From the NCBI GenBank assembly GCA_963514005.1, contig OY740808.1:13702001-13766000 (forward strand): a stretch of 64,000 nucleotides of DNA. The letters run 5' to 3'. The notes under the pieces were generated by a model, which saw only the letters and a list, made by a program, of their open reading frames with translations, searched no databases and had not been told where the DNA came from. Within the stretch, counting starts at the first letter, position 1. Every line of letters starts with the position of its first letter. Positions 51,171-64,000 of the stretch are shown here, piece by piece. This DNA comes from Raja brachyura (taxonomy: Eukaryota). The translations under genes and the position numbers were made by a program.

Positions 51171-51261
51171 GGGGGTTACACAAAAAGCTGGAGAAACTCA
51201 GCGGGTGCAGCAGCATCTAAGGAGCGAAGGAGATAGGCGACGTTTCGGGTCGAGACCCTTC
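51171..51261 (-). mobile_element. Short Penelope pLTR insertion with 12-bp TSD
   Basis: Near-identical to 37670-37757. TSD AGAGTAAAATAA at 51159-51170 and 51262-51273. Confidence 0.88.
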
Positions 51262-52674
51262 AGAGTAAAATAAAATGATTTTGTCAGTTGAGAAAATAAA
51301 TTAGAACATGGCAAAAGGAATGTAGGAATTTTCTGAATGAACTAAGATTTTAAAAAATTGCTCTCCTCTTTCACAATTCTTCGACATTTTCTTCAGTCAC
51401 TCTAATCTCAGCTTGATGTTCCTCTTTCAGTTAGATGGCTCAGAAGACAACACCACAATGAAGATACTGCACAACATAACCTGCACAGGGTAGCATGACC
51501 AGATTATATAACCATACTATGATTATATGATCATAAGATCATTGTATAACCACCCTAGCAGCAGGGTCAAATCTAGATTGAGACATTTGCACTTATCCCC
51601 ATATAGACAATCTGTGAGAGACAACCACAAGCCATGGTCTAGAAAACTAAAAGGATGTGACCTGGGACTCAGCTGATAGCAGGGATCAAGGAAAAAGCAT
51701 GCAAGTCACGGCCCTGTTCCCACCAATCTTTACACCACTACGCACAAGAAGCACAAGACGCCATTGTATGCAGATGCCGAGAAGTGTGTTCAGCTCTAGC
51801 AGAACAATTTCTAATCTTGTGATGTGGACTCGATAAGAAGAAGCTGGCAGCATACTTGCCTCCAGAATGAAAGAGTTTGTGGCTCAAGTTCCACTTCAGA
51901 AATATTAGCACAAAAACCCAGGGTGACATTCCAGTGCAGTCGAGAGAGGTCCAACGAGGTGGTGCCACCTTATGCTTAGATTTCTAAGTAAGAACTCACC
52001 TGCCATCCTGGGTGTACACAGATAATCATAGGCAGCATGATTTCAAAGAACAAGCGCCCTCCCCGGAGCCATCGCTAATATATCTTTATAAAAATAATCA
52101 TTTTTTGAACATTATTACTGCTACTTGTGGGTGCTGGCCACATGCAGGTTATATAATCAAATACAGCATTGGCTTTATAGTTCTTTGAAAGTAACTGATG
52201 GTTCGATTTTAAATGTTTTTCATTTTTATCTGACACAAACCCAACTGTTTATTTTCTTAAAAAAAAAAAAAATCTTTATTTACTAATCCAAACAATCAGT
52301 GCATTCCAACAGCCTGAAGACGAATGTAAAAGTTAGAGTGTACTCTGGATGCTGGCTGGCGTCAGCAGAACGAACCCCTTAATGGAGACTTAACTTCCTG
52401 TCACTGAACAAGTGTGGTTTTCACCAACGGATGTCTACAACAGGGAGTGCCTTTGAAGCCATTGTGGAAAGTTAGAGTGAAGTGCGTTAACAGCCAGTGT
52501 TGAAATATTTTATTTTAAGCAACCACTTCAAAATGTTCTTCATTCACGATTCAGAAAAAAAGTGAGCGAGCTAATAATAATTCTAATTCCACATACTGAA
52601 TTATTGCATTTTGCCAACTCAAACAAAAGAGCTCAAAAGAGAAAAACTGTACTTAGTCAAAAATCTAGTAATCC

Positions 52675-52826
52675 TGCTCTTCCCCCACCCCCTTCTTTCA
52701 GTCTGAAGAAGGGTCTCGACCCAAAACGTCACCTATCCTTCGCTCCATAGATGCTGTCTCACCCGCTGAGTTTCTCCAGCATTTTTGTCTATCTTCGATT
52801 TTTCCAGCATCTGCAATTCTTTCTTA
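52675..52826 (+). mobile_element. Penelope pLTR copy with tail
   Basis: CAGTCTGAAGAAGGGTCTCGACCCAAAACGTC...CCAGCATCTGCAATTC. Confidence 0.8.
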
Positions 52827-55158
52827 AGCATATTGATACAAATTAGTATTTTCCATTATCACCTGGGCTTTTGCAGATTGTACAGTGGGCAACATATGTA
52901 AGACCAGAAGGCCAACGTGCTATTGTCTTACATACATTTTTATCTGTCAAGCAAATTGAGCAAATAGTTATTTTGTATCAACTGTTCCTACCAGTGTAAC
53001 TCGCCTACTGCATGGCTGAAATATTACACTATTAAACTACAAATTTATCATTATGGGGATTAATGCCAGACCAGCCATCTCAACAAAGTCAATTTTAAAT
53101 ACTTCTTTCTGTCCTCAATCAGTCCACCATTATCTGGTTTGCAAGTCAGTTGTCAGTGATTTTTAGCCCAATTCCAGTTTTGATCTTAGAGTCCAAGATG
53201 ATGTGGAGAGAGCGGCATTGCCACCTTACAAATGAGTCAGGTACTTTTTCCCACATCAGGTGGATGCAAAAAAACTATGGCTCAGTTTTAAAACAATGTT
53301 TGGGTGTTCTTCTGAACATCCAGGATATTACTTACTCCTCTAATATCAAAAGTAATCACTTTTTCCTTCATTGCTATTTGTAGGACTTTCCTGCAGACAA
53401 TATGACTACTGCATTTCCTATATTACCAGAAGAATTGTCTTAGTACCACTTTCTGTAAAATGCTTTAGCATATTGAAATGAAATGAAAGATGCTTACTTC
53501 CCTAAATGATTACTTCCCTATTTTTAAACACAAAAAAATGGTTGTGACGCACAAAGATGCATAAACAAGGCAATTCTAAATTGCTTAGTTTTTTATAAAC
53601 GCTTTAAATATCATGGAGAAAACTAGTACACAGGTTAGAATTTACATTTATTATTTCTGCACAAAAACCTCTTGTGCATTGGTTGTGAAGATCAATAATG
53701 GACTGACGATCAGAATACAAGGTAGGTTTGGGAAAAATACTTGATCAAAGAATAGTTTAAAACAAATCCTCTCTTATCTTGTGTATATGCATTCAGTCTG
53801 TGCAGACTAAACAAAAGTATGAATTCAGATTAAATATCCCTACTCCTTTTGCTTCAATATCACTCCTACCCATTGGCAAGCCACTTGTGGCAACAACAGC
53901 TTGTTGATAACTAGAGCTGCAAATTAAAGATAAGCAAAGACAACTCTCTCAGCACAAGTACAGCCAATCTATTTCTGCCAGTATTATAAACACTCACTTC
54001 AGTGTCATTTTTATGAACATTGAACATACGAAGGTTCGCTTTCCAAGAAGCAAACAAGTGCACACAACAGACATCCTTTCAATGAACTGAGGGGGTCAGT
54101 CCAGGTACTTTCTACCAGTTCCTCCAGTTGGGAGAAAAAAAGATTTAAGTCACAATAGTTACGTCTCTATACCAAATTACTGTCCAAACAGAACAAAAAG
54201 TTCTCAAATTACAACTCAAATTTTAACGGTGCAAATCTTTGTGAACAAGATTAGATCTGACCACTATTAATAGCCGTCAGCTTCCCTACATCATCTTGAT
54301 AATCAAACAGTAAACACATGATAGCCTTCACAAAACTATTCTACTCTTAGTTTGGAACAACTTAGATGAACCAGATCATTCTTCAACACCTGTTCAGAGA
54401 GGCAATCAAAGACAATTGCTGAGAGTAAAGGGGACAAATAATGCAGGCAACACTTTAAGCTAACAAGTTAGTCAAAGTCATTCTGCTGTCCATTTCCTGC
54501 CCGTTGTCCAAAGCAAGAATGCCACAGGAAATGATCTCATTAAAGCTAAACCATTACCTGATTACAACCAAATTAAGGCTGCCAATACCTTGCAGATAAA
54601 GTATGATGGTTTATTCCTCTGAATGGTAAATGACCACCCCTAACATTACTGAAACCAATTGCTTCTAAAATTATTGGCAAATCAAAGATGATCACCATAA
54701 AGGCCATAAAATTATGAACAAGTGAATAGAAGATCATTGATCCCATAACAATCCTCAGTATAGACTGAACAGAGGAAAAACCCCTCAAAAACTGGTGCAA
54801 CATACTGATCTGGGTTCTCCCTATAACTAAAAGTCTCTCTCGTACACACGTTGCATTACTATTGAAAGTTGATTTCACCTTTCTTTATTTTTAACAATAT
54901 TAAAAGTTTCAACGAATGTTCATGCTTTCATCAGGCACTGGGAAAGTGCTTAGGAAACCCCAGCATAATAACAGGAAGGTCAGGCTTAGCTGACTTGTCA
55001 GAGTCCAGTATGTGGAACGCAATCTTAAACTTAGAGCTAATCTGCTCAGTGGTGAAGTCAATAAGAACTTCCTCACATCAATGGCAATGGAAATCTGAAA
55101 ATCTCAGTCCCGCCCCCCAAATTGGGGAAATCAAGTTCATAATCAAATTAACTATTTT

Positions 55159-55246
55159 GATTAGGTTAAGGGGGTGGGAGGGGGGCAGGATATAACCAAA
55201 CGACAGATTAGGGGGGGAGGGGAGCAGGATATAACCAAACGACAGA
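55159..55246. repeat. Local tandem duplication (about 40-bp unit x2)
   Basis: GCAGGATATAACCAAACGACAGA occurs twice, each copy preceded by GATTAGG and a G-run. Confidence 0.8.
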
Positions 55247-55399
55247 ATAAACCAGAAGACAGTGAATAGTTTTCTCCTGCTCTCACATTCATGTACCATA
55301 GGTATTGATCAGTAAAGTACAGCACATGCTATGTGCAAATCCTATTTACATCAGTGAAGGGTCATATGTTGTTGACTCTTCAATGATATGGCACACAGA

Positions 55400-55970
55400 T
55401 CTCCAGATGCTTAGCATAGAGTTTAATTCCGATACAAGTGAGGTGCTGCATTTTGGCAAGGCAAACCAAGACGGGGCTTGAACAGTAAATGATGGGGCCC
55501 TGGGGAGTGTTGTAGACCAGAGAGACCTAGGGATGCAGGTACACAGTTCGATAAAAGTGGCGCCAAGTAGATAGGGTGGTGAAGGCGGCGTCGGCATGAT
55601 GTATTAAATACAAGAATTGGGATTTCATGTTATGGCTATCCAAGATGGACAGGAAAGGTTTAAAGAATATAGATCAAATGTGGGCAAATAATACCTTAGA
55701 TGGGCATTTTGGGCAGCATGGACAAGTTGGATTTAAAAGGGACCTTAGGGCTTTTTTTCCCCCTTAGAGGGTGCTACACAAATGGAATGAGCTCCCATAG
55801 GAAGAAGCAGAGGTAGGTACAGTTATGGCATTTAAAAGACACTGATACATCCATAGATAGGAAATATTTGGAAGGATATGGGTCAGGCACAGACATGTGG
55901 GATGACTCAAATTAGGCAACTTGGTTGGCCAAATTGGCCCAAAGGGCCTGTGTACGTGATATAACTATGT
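55400..55970 (+). mobile_element. Old CR1 fragments
   Basis: KxEVLHFGKANQ, RDLGMQVHSS and the 3' tail AAAGGGCCTGTG. Confidence 0.65.
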
Positions 55971-57181
55971 TAAATGAGAATGGATTTAAAATACAGTTGG
56001 TTGTATTTCCAGGGTAAGAGTTTAATGGCAAGAATTGTGATAAAAGCTAGAATTGGCTAGAAGTTATATATGAATTTTAACTGCACTGTTTGCTTGAAAA
56101 AGTCAAAAGTCAAAATGAAACTGATAGTTTCTTCAACATTCATAATCTTCCACATATGGCCAAAGGGTAGAAAGAATTTTCAACCCATCCTTAGATTTTC
56201 TGCTCAGTGTACATCTCTCAATAATTTGTCAATGTTTCTGAATTTATTTGCCTCTTGAATTGCTCTGAAACCAAGTATTTAATACGCTTCAATGTTGTTT
56301 GCCAAATATCCATTACTAATGAAGCTCTGTCACATGAAGTCAAAGACTCCATCAATGCTTTTGCATTTCGGCCTGCTGTTAATCTTCCAGCCTCAAGACA
56401 AGGCTCTTTACAACACCGTAATGGAATTAAGAACAAATGGACATTTGGGATTCAATGCGCAACACTCAAAGTCTGACCTCTCATTAATGTATCCAATCTC
56501 CCCCAAAAAGTTGTCATCACAAGTTAAACACAAGCGCGCATTAATTAACAGCAACATTTTCTTAACACTCCAAGTTGGAGAGTTGTGGGTTGGTGGTTCA
56601 AGATCAGTTCACAATTTTGACTGATACGTCTGACGTGTGATACGTTCCAAGAAGACAGGGCTGAATGTGAACTAAAAAATCCAGCCTTCAAACAAAGCTG
56701 TGGAGATAAGCCTTCAAGTATTTCTCAACAGGTAACCACGTCTACTGTTTTGACAAATTTCTTAAATCACTCCTCAAAGGATGAATAAGATTTGATTCTA
56801 AATAGTGTGTATGTTTGCACCATTTTAATCTGTGCCAGTTATCACAAACTTTTCTTTACCCCCCCCCCCATAGCAGAAATAATGAATATACATTGTAATT
56901 AAAAAATTGTTTTGCTTTCATGTGGAATTGATACTATCAGAAACACAATAATTGTTACATCTATGGATTTCATTGGTGCTCTCTGCAAAGAATTCCAACT
57001 TTCCGAGGCAATGATAATAAGCGACTCACATAATCCCTTTATGACCTGAGCTATGGATTCCAGTTATCAAGTAAGCAGTCCACTCCATTGTACAATCAAA
57101 TGACCATCCCCTTTAAGACGATACTTGAACGAAGGTTAACAGCATTAGTCTATAAATTGGCCTGTGTGGGAACTGCACTCA

Positions 57182-57337
<156 letters not shown>

Positions 57338-57608
57338 TTAAAATTCACAACAGAAAGACATACCTTTGCATGCTCCGATGCAAAAAGACAAAGCAGCAAA
57401 TTCAAACTAGTGTAGCCAATGACTTTGTCAGAAGACCAATACAAGCCGAGCGGAGGAATTAGACTCATTATCTTTTAGGGTAAACAGTGCTTCCCAACAG
57501 TAAATGGGTTTTCCCCTCAAACATGGTGTATAAACATTGGCATTCCTTTCCCGTTAGTAGCACAAAATAACAAGTTGGATTTTTACAAAAAGTACAACAG
57601 ATGTTATA

Positions 57609-57836
57609 TGTAGGAAGGGACGGCAGATGCTGGTTTAAACCGAAGATAGACACAAAAAGCTGGAGTAACTCAGCGGGACAGGCAGCATCTTTGGAGGGAA
57701 GGAATGGGAAGAAGTAGTCTGAGAGTCTCGACCCGAAACGTAATCCAGTTTCGGGTTCGAGACTTCTTCAATCCATTCCTTCTCTGCAGAGATGCTGCCT
57801 GTCCCGCTGAGTTACTCCAGCTTTTTGTGTCTGTCT
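57609..57836. mobile_element. Inverted/rearranged Penelope pLTR dimer (second subfamily) with 12-bp TSD
   Basis: Arms GACACAAAAAGCTGGAGTAACTCAGCGGGACAGGCAGCATCT and its reverse complement. TSD ACAGATGTTATA at 57597-57608 and 57837-57848. Confidence 0.82.
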
Positions 57837-58934
57837 ACAGATGTTATAAATTTGAAAGAATAATGGAAAGTGCTGGAAATACATAAAAAGCAGCATTTGA
57901 GGAGAGAGACACTACGCTGACACATCAGGCAGTGACCTTTGAGAGATCATGGCTGTGAAAATTTAACTGATTCTTTCTCACATTGGCCTGACTTTAAATA
58001 ATGTAACATTTTCTGCTTTTATAAACAGCTTGCTTTTGACCAGGTCAAAACTGTGCCTTACAGTGGCCTCAACCAAGCAGAAATGCAATTGTTGCAGTGG
58101 GCATCACACACTTGTGCATCGAAGGGCAGAAGAGAAAAGCATTGCTTAGTCCATAATATTTCTTGTCAAACTGTTGCTCTTGTCTACACCATTCACTTGG
58201 AAAGTATAGCTGATATGTCATTGAAAATACCAACAGTGTAAAACTTTAGGCTGGGTAAAGTTACAACTACCATGTAGCACAAGTTGGCATGCGACAGTTT
58301 TGGAAAGTATTTCAGCACTGACAAATTGAGACAAGAAATCACCAAAACTATCTGCATATGCATCAAATCAGCATGGAAGAAAAGGGGAAAGTGGATCATA
58401 TGAAGAGTCATGTTTTAACAGATCCATGGATAAGAAAGGTTTCGAGGGATATGGGGCAAACACAGGCAATGGGACTAGCTTAGATGGGGCATCTTGGTTG
58501 GCAAGGGCCTATTCTCATGCTGTACGACTCGGTGTTACCCCATTATTCGCCGGAGAATGACAAATGTATTCTTGTAGGACAAATGGATAGGAGGGTGTTA
58601 AACAGGTACAGGGCAAAAGGCATGATCCGCAGTGGTGTCATTCAACTGGCACACAAAACCTAAAAGGAGCCCGTCATTATATTCAACATACTGATTTGTA
58701 AAAGCACCAATGAGAGAACAGTGCAGGAAACATGTGCTGACATCCAACTGCATCATTTCTATGGAGCTAATTTTTGAGGAACTAATGTAGCTTTAAGAGA
58801 CTTTTTACAATATCAAAGGGTGTTATACAATTGCAACTCTTAGAATGAGAGCATCAGTCTATCTTGAGGTCCAGCAGTGCCCTGAAGAGTCCAAGGAGTA
58901 GAGATGCAATACCATGTCATGAGCACTATGAATA

Positions 58935-59064
58935 ATCAGAAGAAGGGTCTCGACCCGAAACGTCCCCCATTCCTTCTGTCCAGACATGCTGCCTGTTCCG
59001 CTGAGTTACTCCAGCTTTTTGTGTCTATTTTCGGTTTAAACCAGCATCTGCATTTCCTTCTTAC
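58935..59064 (+). mobile_element. Penelope pLTR copy including tail, with 12-bp TSD
   Basis: AGAAGAAGGGTCTCGACCCGAAACGTC...GAGTTACTCCAGC...CCAGCATCTGC. TSD GCACTATGAATA at 58923-58934 and 59065-59076. Confidence 0.82.
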
Positions 59065-59649
59065 GCACTATGAATAGCTATTGTGTACAATTAATCAAAT
59101 TAACTCACAGTACCGAAGCTTAAATGCTGCATAAACTGCTCCCCAAGGGCTCATCAACCAGCATCTATTTCTCATTACAGACCAATGAATTTTAAAAACC
59201 AAAACCATTGTCATATGCCTTTCATTACAATAGTGAGCACATTTCAAATGTACAGTTCACACTCCCAAGACTGTCTGAACAGTTAAGAATTTGATGCAAT
59301 CATCTTGTGATGTGAGGATTTGAGAAGAATTAGTGCATTGATCTGAAATTGATGAAAGTGGAAAATTATGACAGTTTGGGATAAAACGCCTGGAAAATAA
59401 TGAAACATATAGGAAAAGAAAAAAAACCCCAAAGAACTTACATTCACAGGGACACTATAATTTTCTGAACATTATTAAGTTCAACGAAGTTGAACCTTGT
59501 TGATAATTTATAACCTGAGGAAATCTCAAAGTGCTCTGTAACGAATAAAACCCCTCTTACTTTTATGGTGTAGTCACTGTTGTAATACAGAAAACAAAAA
59601 AAAATTTACACATCAGGATCACATTGATAACAAAGTAATAAAACAACCA

Positions 59650-59878
59650 GGGTTACACAAAAAGCTGGAGAAACTCAGCGGGTGCAGCAGCATCTAAGGA
59701 GTGAAGGAGATAGGCGACGTTTCGGGTCGAGACCCTTCTTCAGACGTTCAGGGTCTGAAGAAGGGTCTCGACCCGAAACGTCGCCTATCTCCTTCACTCC
59801 TTAGATGCTGCTGCACCCGCTGAGTTTCTCCAGCTTTTTGTGTAACCCTCGATTCTCCAGCATCTGCAATTCCTTCTT
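59650..59878. mobile_element. Inverted dimer of Penelope pLTR (perfect 97-bp palindrome plus tail) with 14-bp TSD
   Basis: Arms 59649-59745 and 59753-59849 are exact reverse complements with a 7-nt spacer. TSD TAATAAAACAACCA at 59636-59649 and 59879-59892. Confidence 0.9.
59755..59782 (+). ncRNA. Hammerhead-like motif, plus-strand arm (mirror copy at 59716-59743 on minus)
   Basis: CTGAAGAAGGGTCTCGACCCGAAACGTC with a possible short helix I (GGGU/GCCU). Confidence 0.6.
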
Positions 59879-60221
59879 TAATAAAACAACCAAATCATCT
59901 CCTTTAGTGATGACGTAAAGTAATTATTTTCTAGGAGTTAAAAATAAGATTGACTTCACAACAATGCCCAAAAAGCTATTGCCCGAGGTAAAAAAAAGAT
60001 TTTGAGATTGCAGAGTGACGGGCTGGATCGGAAACTCAATCCTCTGGAGTGGAGCTTGAAGCAATGACCTAATACAGGCATCAGGAGTGTCACCCTACCA
60101 CATCTGAATAAAAGACAAAAGAAAAAAACCTGAAAAGAAAATGCAAATTGAAAATTCCTGTCCTCACAGGAATGACGCACTGCCTATTAAACAATGAAAA
60201 CAATAATCCAATTGTGCTTAC

Positions 60222-60272
60222 CTGAAAATGTGTTATCTGCAAATCGTAGTAAGAGGCTACTTTTCCCTACAC
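60222..60272 (-). CDS. RAB35: Ras-related GTPase Rab35, coding exon 2 (G-VGKSSLLLRFADNTFS-G); exon 1 lies beyond the window end
   Basis: 51 nt, end of the P-loop (GVGKS), CAG acceptor and GTAAGC donor. Confidence 0.95.
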
Positions 60273-61164
60273 CTGTAAAACAGAGCAGAAGAATAGAGAT
60301 GCATCCTTGACCAAAAGCACATTTTACAGAATGAAAAGCAGCCCCACTCCTGTGATCTCTCCAAGTGGACATCGATAATCTAACTTGCACTTGCAATTTC
60401 AAATTTGCACTTGCATTTGGCTGCAAATTTGATGCACTAGAACTGAAGACATCTATATGCAGGTATATAATATGCATTTAATCAAATACAAAATCTTTAA
60501 AAAATGGTAATGAATAGCAATGGACAAAAACAATGCGGATCAGCTATAGACTATAGGCTGCATCTGTTGTAAACTGTTCAAATTAAAATAAAATGTATAT
60601 CAAATTACAAATAAAACTGTAGTTTGAACTCTGAAATAAGCAGAAATATATTTTCTTAATTATAAGATCAGAACATAAGCTAATTACCTCAATTACAAAA
60701 ATTATGCCCACTAACAAAACAATATGGTCATTTTAAGTAAATCACAAAAAAATCATAACTAAGTTTTAATGGTTACGTATTCAATCATATGATTGTTCAT
60801 ACAAGAAAAATTATTTCCTTAAGCCAGAGAATGTCATATCATATGCTCCCAATGACATATGTGGGAAAGTGAGTTTTCAACCACACCAACCCTAGGCTAG
60901 GAACAAGAAGAAATGGCACCGATAAAATGGACTCCACATTATAATGAAACTATAATCTGTGCAAGGAGAATAAATGCAAGGACGACTTTACATTACGTAA
61001 GAGTAAAGAGGGAAGGGCAAGAGTGGGCAATTCAAACGCAGAACCAAATAGGAGTAACCCTTCCAAACCAAAAGATGTGGAGATATGGTTGAAATATGGT
61101 TGAAGTTAGAAATTGCACTTTGGGACCACAGGTAAAATGAATGCTCAAAGGTACGAGGGCACGA

Positions 61165-61520
61165 GGAAACATAGATGCTGGTTTACCAAAAGAAAAGTGC
61201 AGGAGTAACTCAGCAGGGCAGGCAGCATCTTTGGAGAATAAGAATAGGCGATGTTTTGGGTCAGGACTCTTCTTTACATTGAATGTGGTGATTGGTGGTT
61301 TTGGGGGGGAGAAAGCTGGAAGTGAGGTGGGGGCAGGACAAAGTCTGGCAAGTGATAGGTGGATACAGGCAAAAGGGGTTTAGATTAGCAGATGGCTGGA
61401 CAAAGGCCAGAAATGAAAAGACAATGTGTGATATGGATAGAAGAGGCACGAATTGTGAAGCCAGAGGAAGGATATAGGTGGAAAGGGATAAATAATTGCA
61501 TATTCAGGTGGGGCACAGGA
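61165..61520 (-). mobile_element. Diverged Penelope pLTR / 3' region copy
   Basis: AGATGCTGGTTTAC...GAGTAACTCAGCAGGGCAGGCAGCATC, followed by purine-rich sequence complementary to 16490-16690. Confidence 0.62.
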
Positions 61521-62539
61521 AAGTGAGGTATGAAAATATATGAAGCAGTTAAAAAGATAAATTAATGAAATATTGGAGATTCAAGTCAGCTGCCTAAGTA
61601 AGTATTTTTCACCCAAATATATATGGAACAAAGTGAATGAACAGCAGCCGTAAATTTACATGGTTGATATCAATTGGGAATAGAACAGATGGCTGCAAAA
61701 GAGCCAGGAATGGGAACAAAATATTCACAGTTTTAAGGAAAACTTTAGAAGTAATCATCGTCACCATAGATGAAATAGCTACAATAAGGAAGGATTACAC
61801 GAGTGGACACCATGGGTAGAAATAATAAATAATGAATTAAGATAATAGTGGAGGTTATACATACCCTTTGTATGTAGATTGGATGTATAATACAAAAAAA
61901 AGGACGGTTAACGTGAGATTTTAATGTCCATACCATTTGAGATGAAACAAAACAGGTCACGACAAAGGCAGTGAGTCAAAGATAAAAAAAGTAATTATTC
62001 TAAATTGACGTAGGTTAATTATTTTAGATGAAGAATAATTTAGTAAAAGTAACCTGAATTTGGAGAAGTTAAACAATCTCAGATCAATCTCAGGCATACA
62101 TGGATGAGATTCAAAAGTTTCAGGGAAACAAAGAGGGTTGACCCATCAAATCTAGATGAGTGACAAGGTGCAGAGATTTAGATAAGGCGAAAAAAGTAAG
62201 TTTATAATCAGGCACCAACAAGAAAACTGGACGTGCAAGTGCTAGAGTGTAATTAAAAGGGAGATTTAAAAACAGACGGAGCGGTGAAAATACTGGCGCA
62301 TAAAAACCATTAAACTCCAAAAGATAAATTATTAGAGACCAAGCGCAAACGAGTAGGTAGGCAATAATGGTGGGAGATAGAGGATGTGGGGAAAGTTCTT
62401 CATTAAGATGCAAGAGACAATAAATGCTGGATGCTGGAGCGGAAAAAAAAAAAAAAATCGGACTGCTCCAGGAGCTTAACAGGTCAGTGAAAATAATTGT
62501 TGACCCGACATCAGGATTTAATGACGTTTTTGGCTGTGT

Positions 62540-63990
62540 TAACAAAGGGGAATTTTGCTAATATTGTAGGTTGACAAACATGAGTGAAATAACACAAAGA
62601 TGGTGGGATTAAAATATATCCTAGGCTGTTCGAAGAACTCGGGGTGAAACTGTGGAGGCCGACTACAATCTATCAACCCTTTCTAGCTAGAGCAGTGGAA
62701 CCAAAGGACTGGAGGACAGCTAACATTGTAAATTGTTTAAATAAAGAGGAATGGATGAACTAAGGAATTGTTATTTTGGGAAGAATGTTGAAAACCATTT
62801 CAAAGGACAGTTTAGACCTTCATATACAAAAGGCCCATGTTAATCAGGGACGTTCAGTCTTTTCTTCACTTCATAGATGCTGCCTCACCCGCTGAGTTTC
62901 TCCAGCATTTTTGTCTAACTGTTAATCAGGGACTGTCAGCATGGTTTTTACCAGGATGATTTTGTAATCGGCATGTGAAGAGTATGTGTTTGACCAACTT
63001 AAATGAATTCATTGAAGTAACATGCGATATCAATAAGGGCAGTACTTTTGATGTAGTCTATGTGGATTTCAGCAAGGCTTTTGACAAGATCCTATACATC
63101 AGTATTATCAAACAAATAAAAGCCCAGAGGATTCAAGAGAATGGCAAATCGGGTCCAAAATTGGCTCAGTGGCAGGAAGTAAAGGATGATGGCTGACGGG
63201 CATTTTTGTAACTGGAAGGTTATTACCAATGGGCACAGGGCTCACTACTTTGTCCCTTGTTTTTGTGGTCCATTAATGATCTAGGCCTGTTTGTAGGGGT
63301 CAAGATAATGAAAGTTGAAGATTATGCCAAGGTTGACGTTGACCCAGTGGTTGACAGCAAGGAAGAAAGCTTTAGACTGAGGATTTGGTCATTTGGGCAT
63401 TTAAAAAAATGGCAGATGTAATTTAATAATCGGAGGACACTGAGTGGAGATACAATGAAGTACATGCGCCCACATCCTCAAAAGGCATGATAGATGACTA
63501 AAATGCAGACAAGATCATCTTTATTTACCCATGTCATTGATACACCTCCACCACTGGCACATTGCAATGTTACCATCTATAAAAGGTATTGCAGATACTT
63601 CTCAAGGCTACTCTGACAGCTCCTGGCAAACTTGTCACCGTTACCACCTGGAGAACAAAAGCTTTGGCACATCGGAATGCCACCATCTGCATGCTCCCCT
63701 TTACCACAAGGACTCAAGAAAGCACCTTACCACCACTTTTGATTGAAGTGAAAGAAGTGTAATAAATAGCAGTCTACCCAGTACCCAAAAATGAATTTGA
63801 AAAATAGACAATTGACAGAACAATAGAGCAGAAGGTCATGCTTGCATTATTTAAAGTCTAGCTAGACCATAGCCTACTAAAATACATGCTGCCCTGGTCA
63901 CCATTCCACAGAAAGGTGGTTACACTGGAGGGGCATATAGAGATGATTTATGGCGATGTTGCCAGGACTTAAACTATTTTGCTAATAGTA
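62540..63990 (+). mobile_element. Old fragmented CR1 ORF2 with nested insertions
   Basis: ORF 62975..63196 contains DVVYVDFSKAFDKI; DWRTANIV lies upstream. Confidence 0.68.
62852..62919 (+). mobile_element. Very short Penelope pLTR fragment with 14-bp TSD, inserted in an old CR1
   Basis: TAGATGCTGCCTCACCCGCTGAGTTTCTCCAGC. TSD TGTTAATCAGGGAC at 62838-62851 and 62920-62933. Confidence 0.8.
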
Positions 63991-64000
63991 AACACTGGAT

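Noticed and set aside
51890-53670. ACAAAAACC nonamers (about 51910 and 53661) as possible V(D)J recombination signals, given TOP3B-IGL linkage in mammals
   Set aside because: No CACAGTG heptamer at 12- or 23-nt spacing and no V or J segments seen.
61560-62450. Possible ancient L1/Tx1 relic (also about 13860-14100 and 14640-15000)
   Set aside because: Too degenerate to support by eye; needs an HMM search.

Overview
Eukaryotic (vertebrate) genomic DNA. The repeat repertoire (HE1-like V-SINEs, Deu-domain SINE relics, CR1, Rex1, Neptune-type Penelope) points to a cartilaginous fish, most likely a skate or ray; this is inference. Two housekeeping genes lie in tandem on the minus strand. RAB35 coding exons 2-6 run from 60272 to the stop at 27090, with exon 1 beyond the right edge. 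About 11 kb further downstream, TOP3B coding exons 1-8 run from the ATG at 15739 to 3233 and the gene continues past the left edge. All 13 exons have canonical GT-AG boundaries and join in frame. The rest is intronic or intergenic and rich in transposons: CR1, Rex1, RTE and L1/Tx1 LINE fragments, a decayed IR/DR Tc1 element, SINEs, and a 5'-truncated Penelope-like element (RT plus GIY-YIG) with a 15-bp target-site duplication (TSD). The most striking signal is about 20 short Penelope-terminal (pLTR) copies. The intact ones carry a minimal hammerhead-ribozyme motif (CTGAAGA-A-GGGT-CTCG-ACCC-GAAAC-GTC). Several have their own TSDs, several are inverted dimers (one a perfect 97-bp palindrome in RAB35 intron 2), and five independent insertions stop at the same internal position just before a 3' tail. 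Most ORFs in the supplied track are spurious or transposon-derived.
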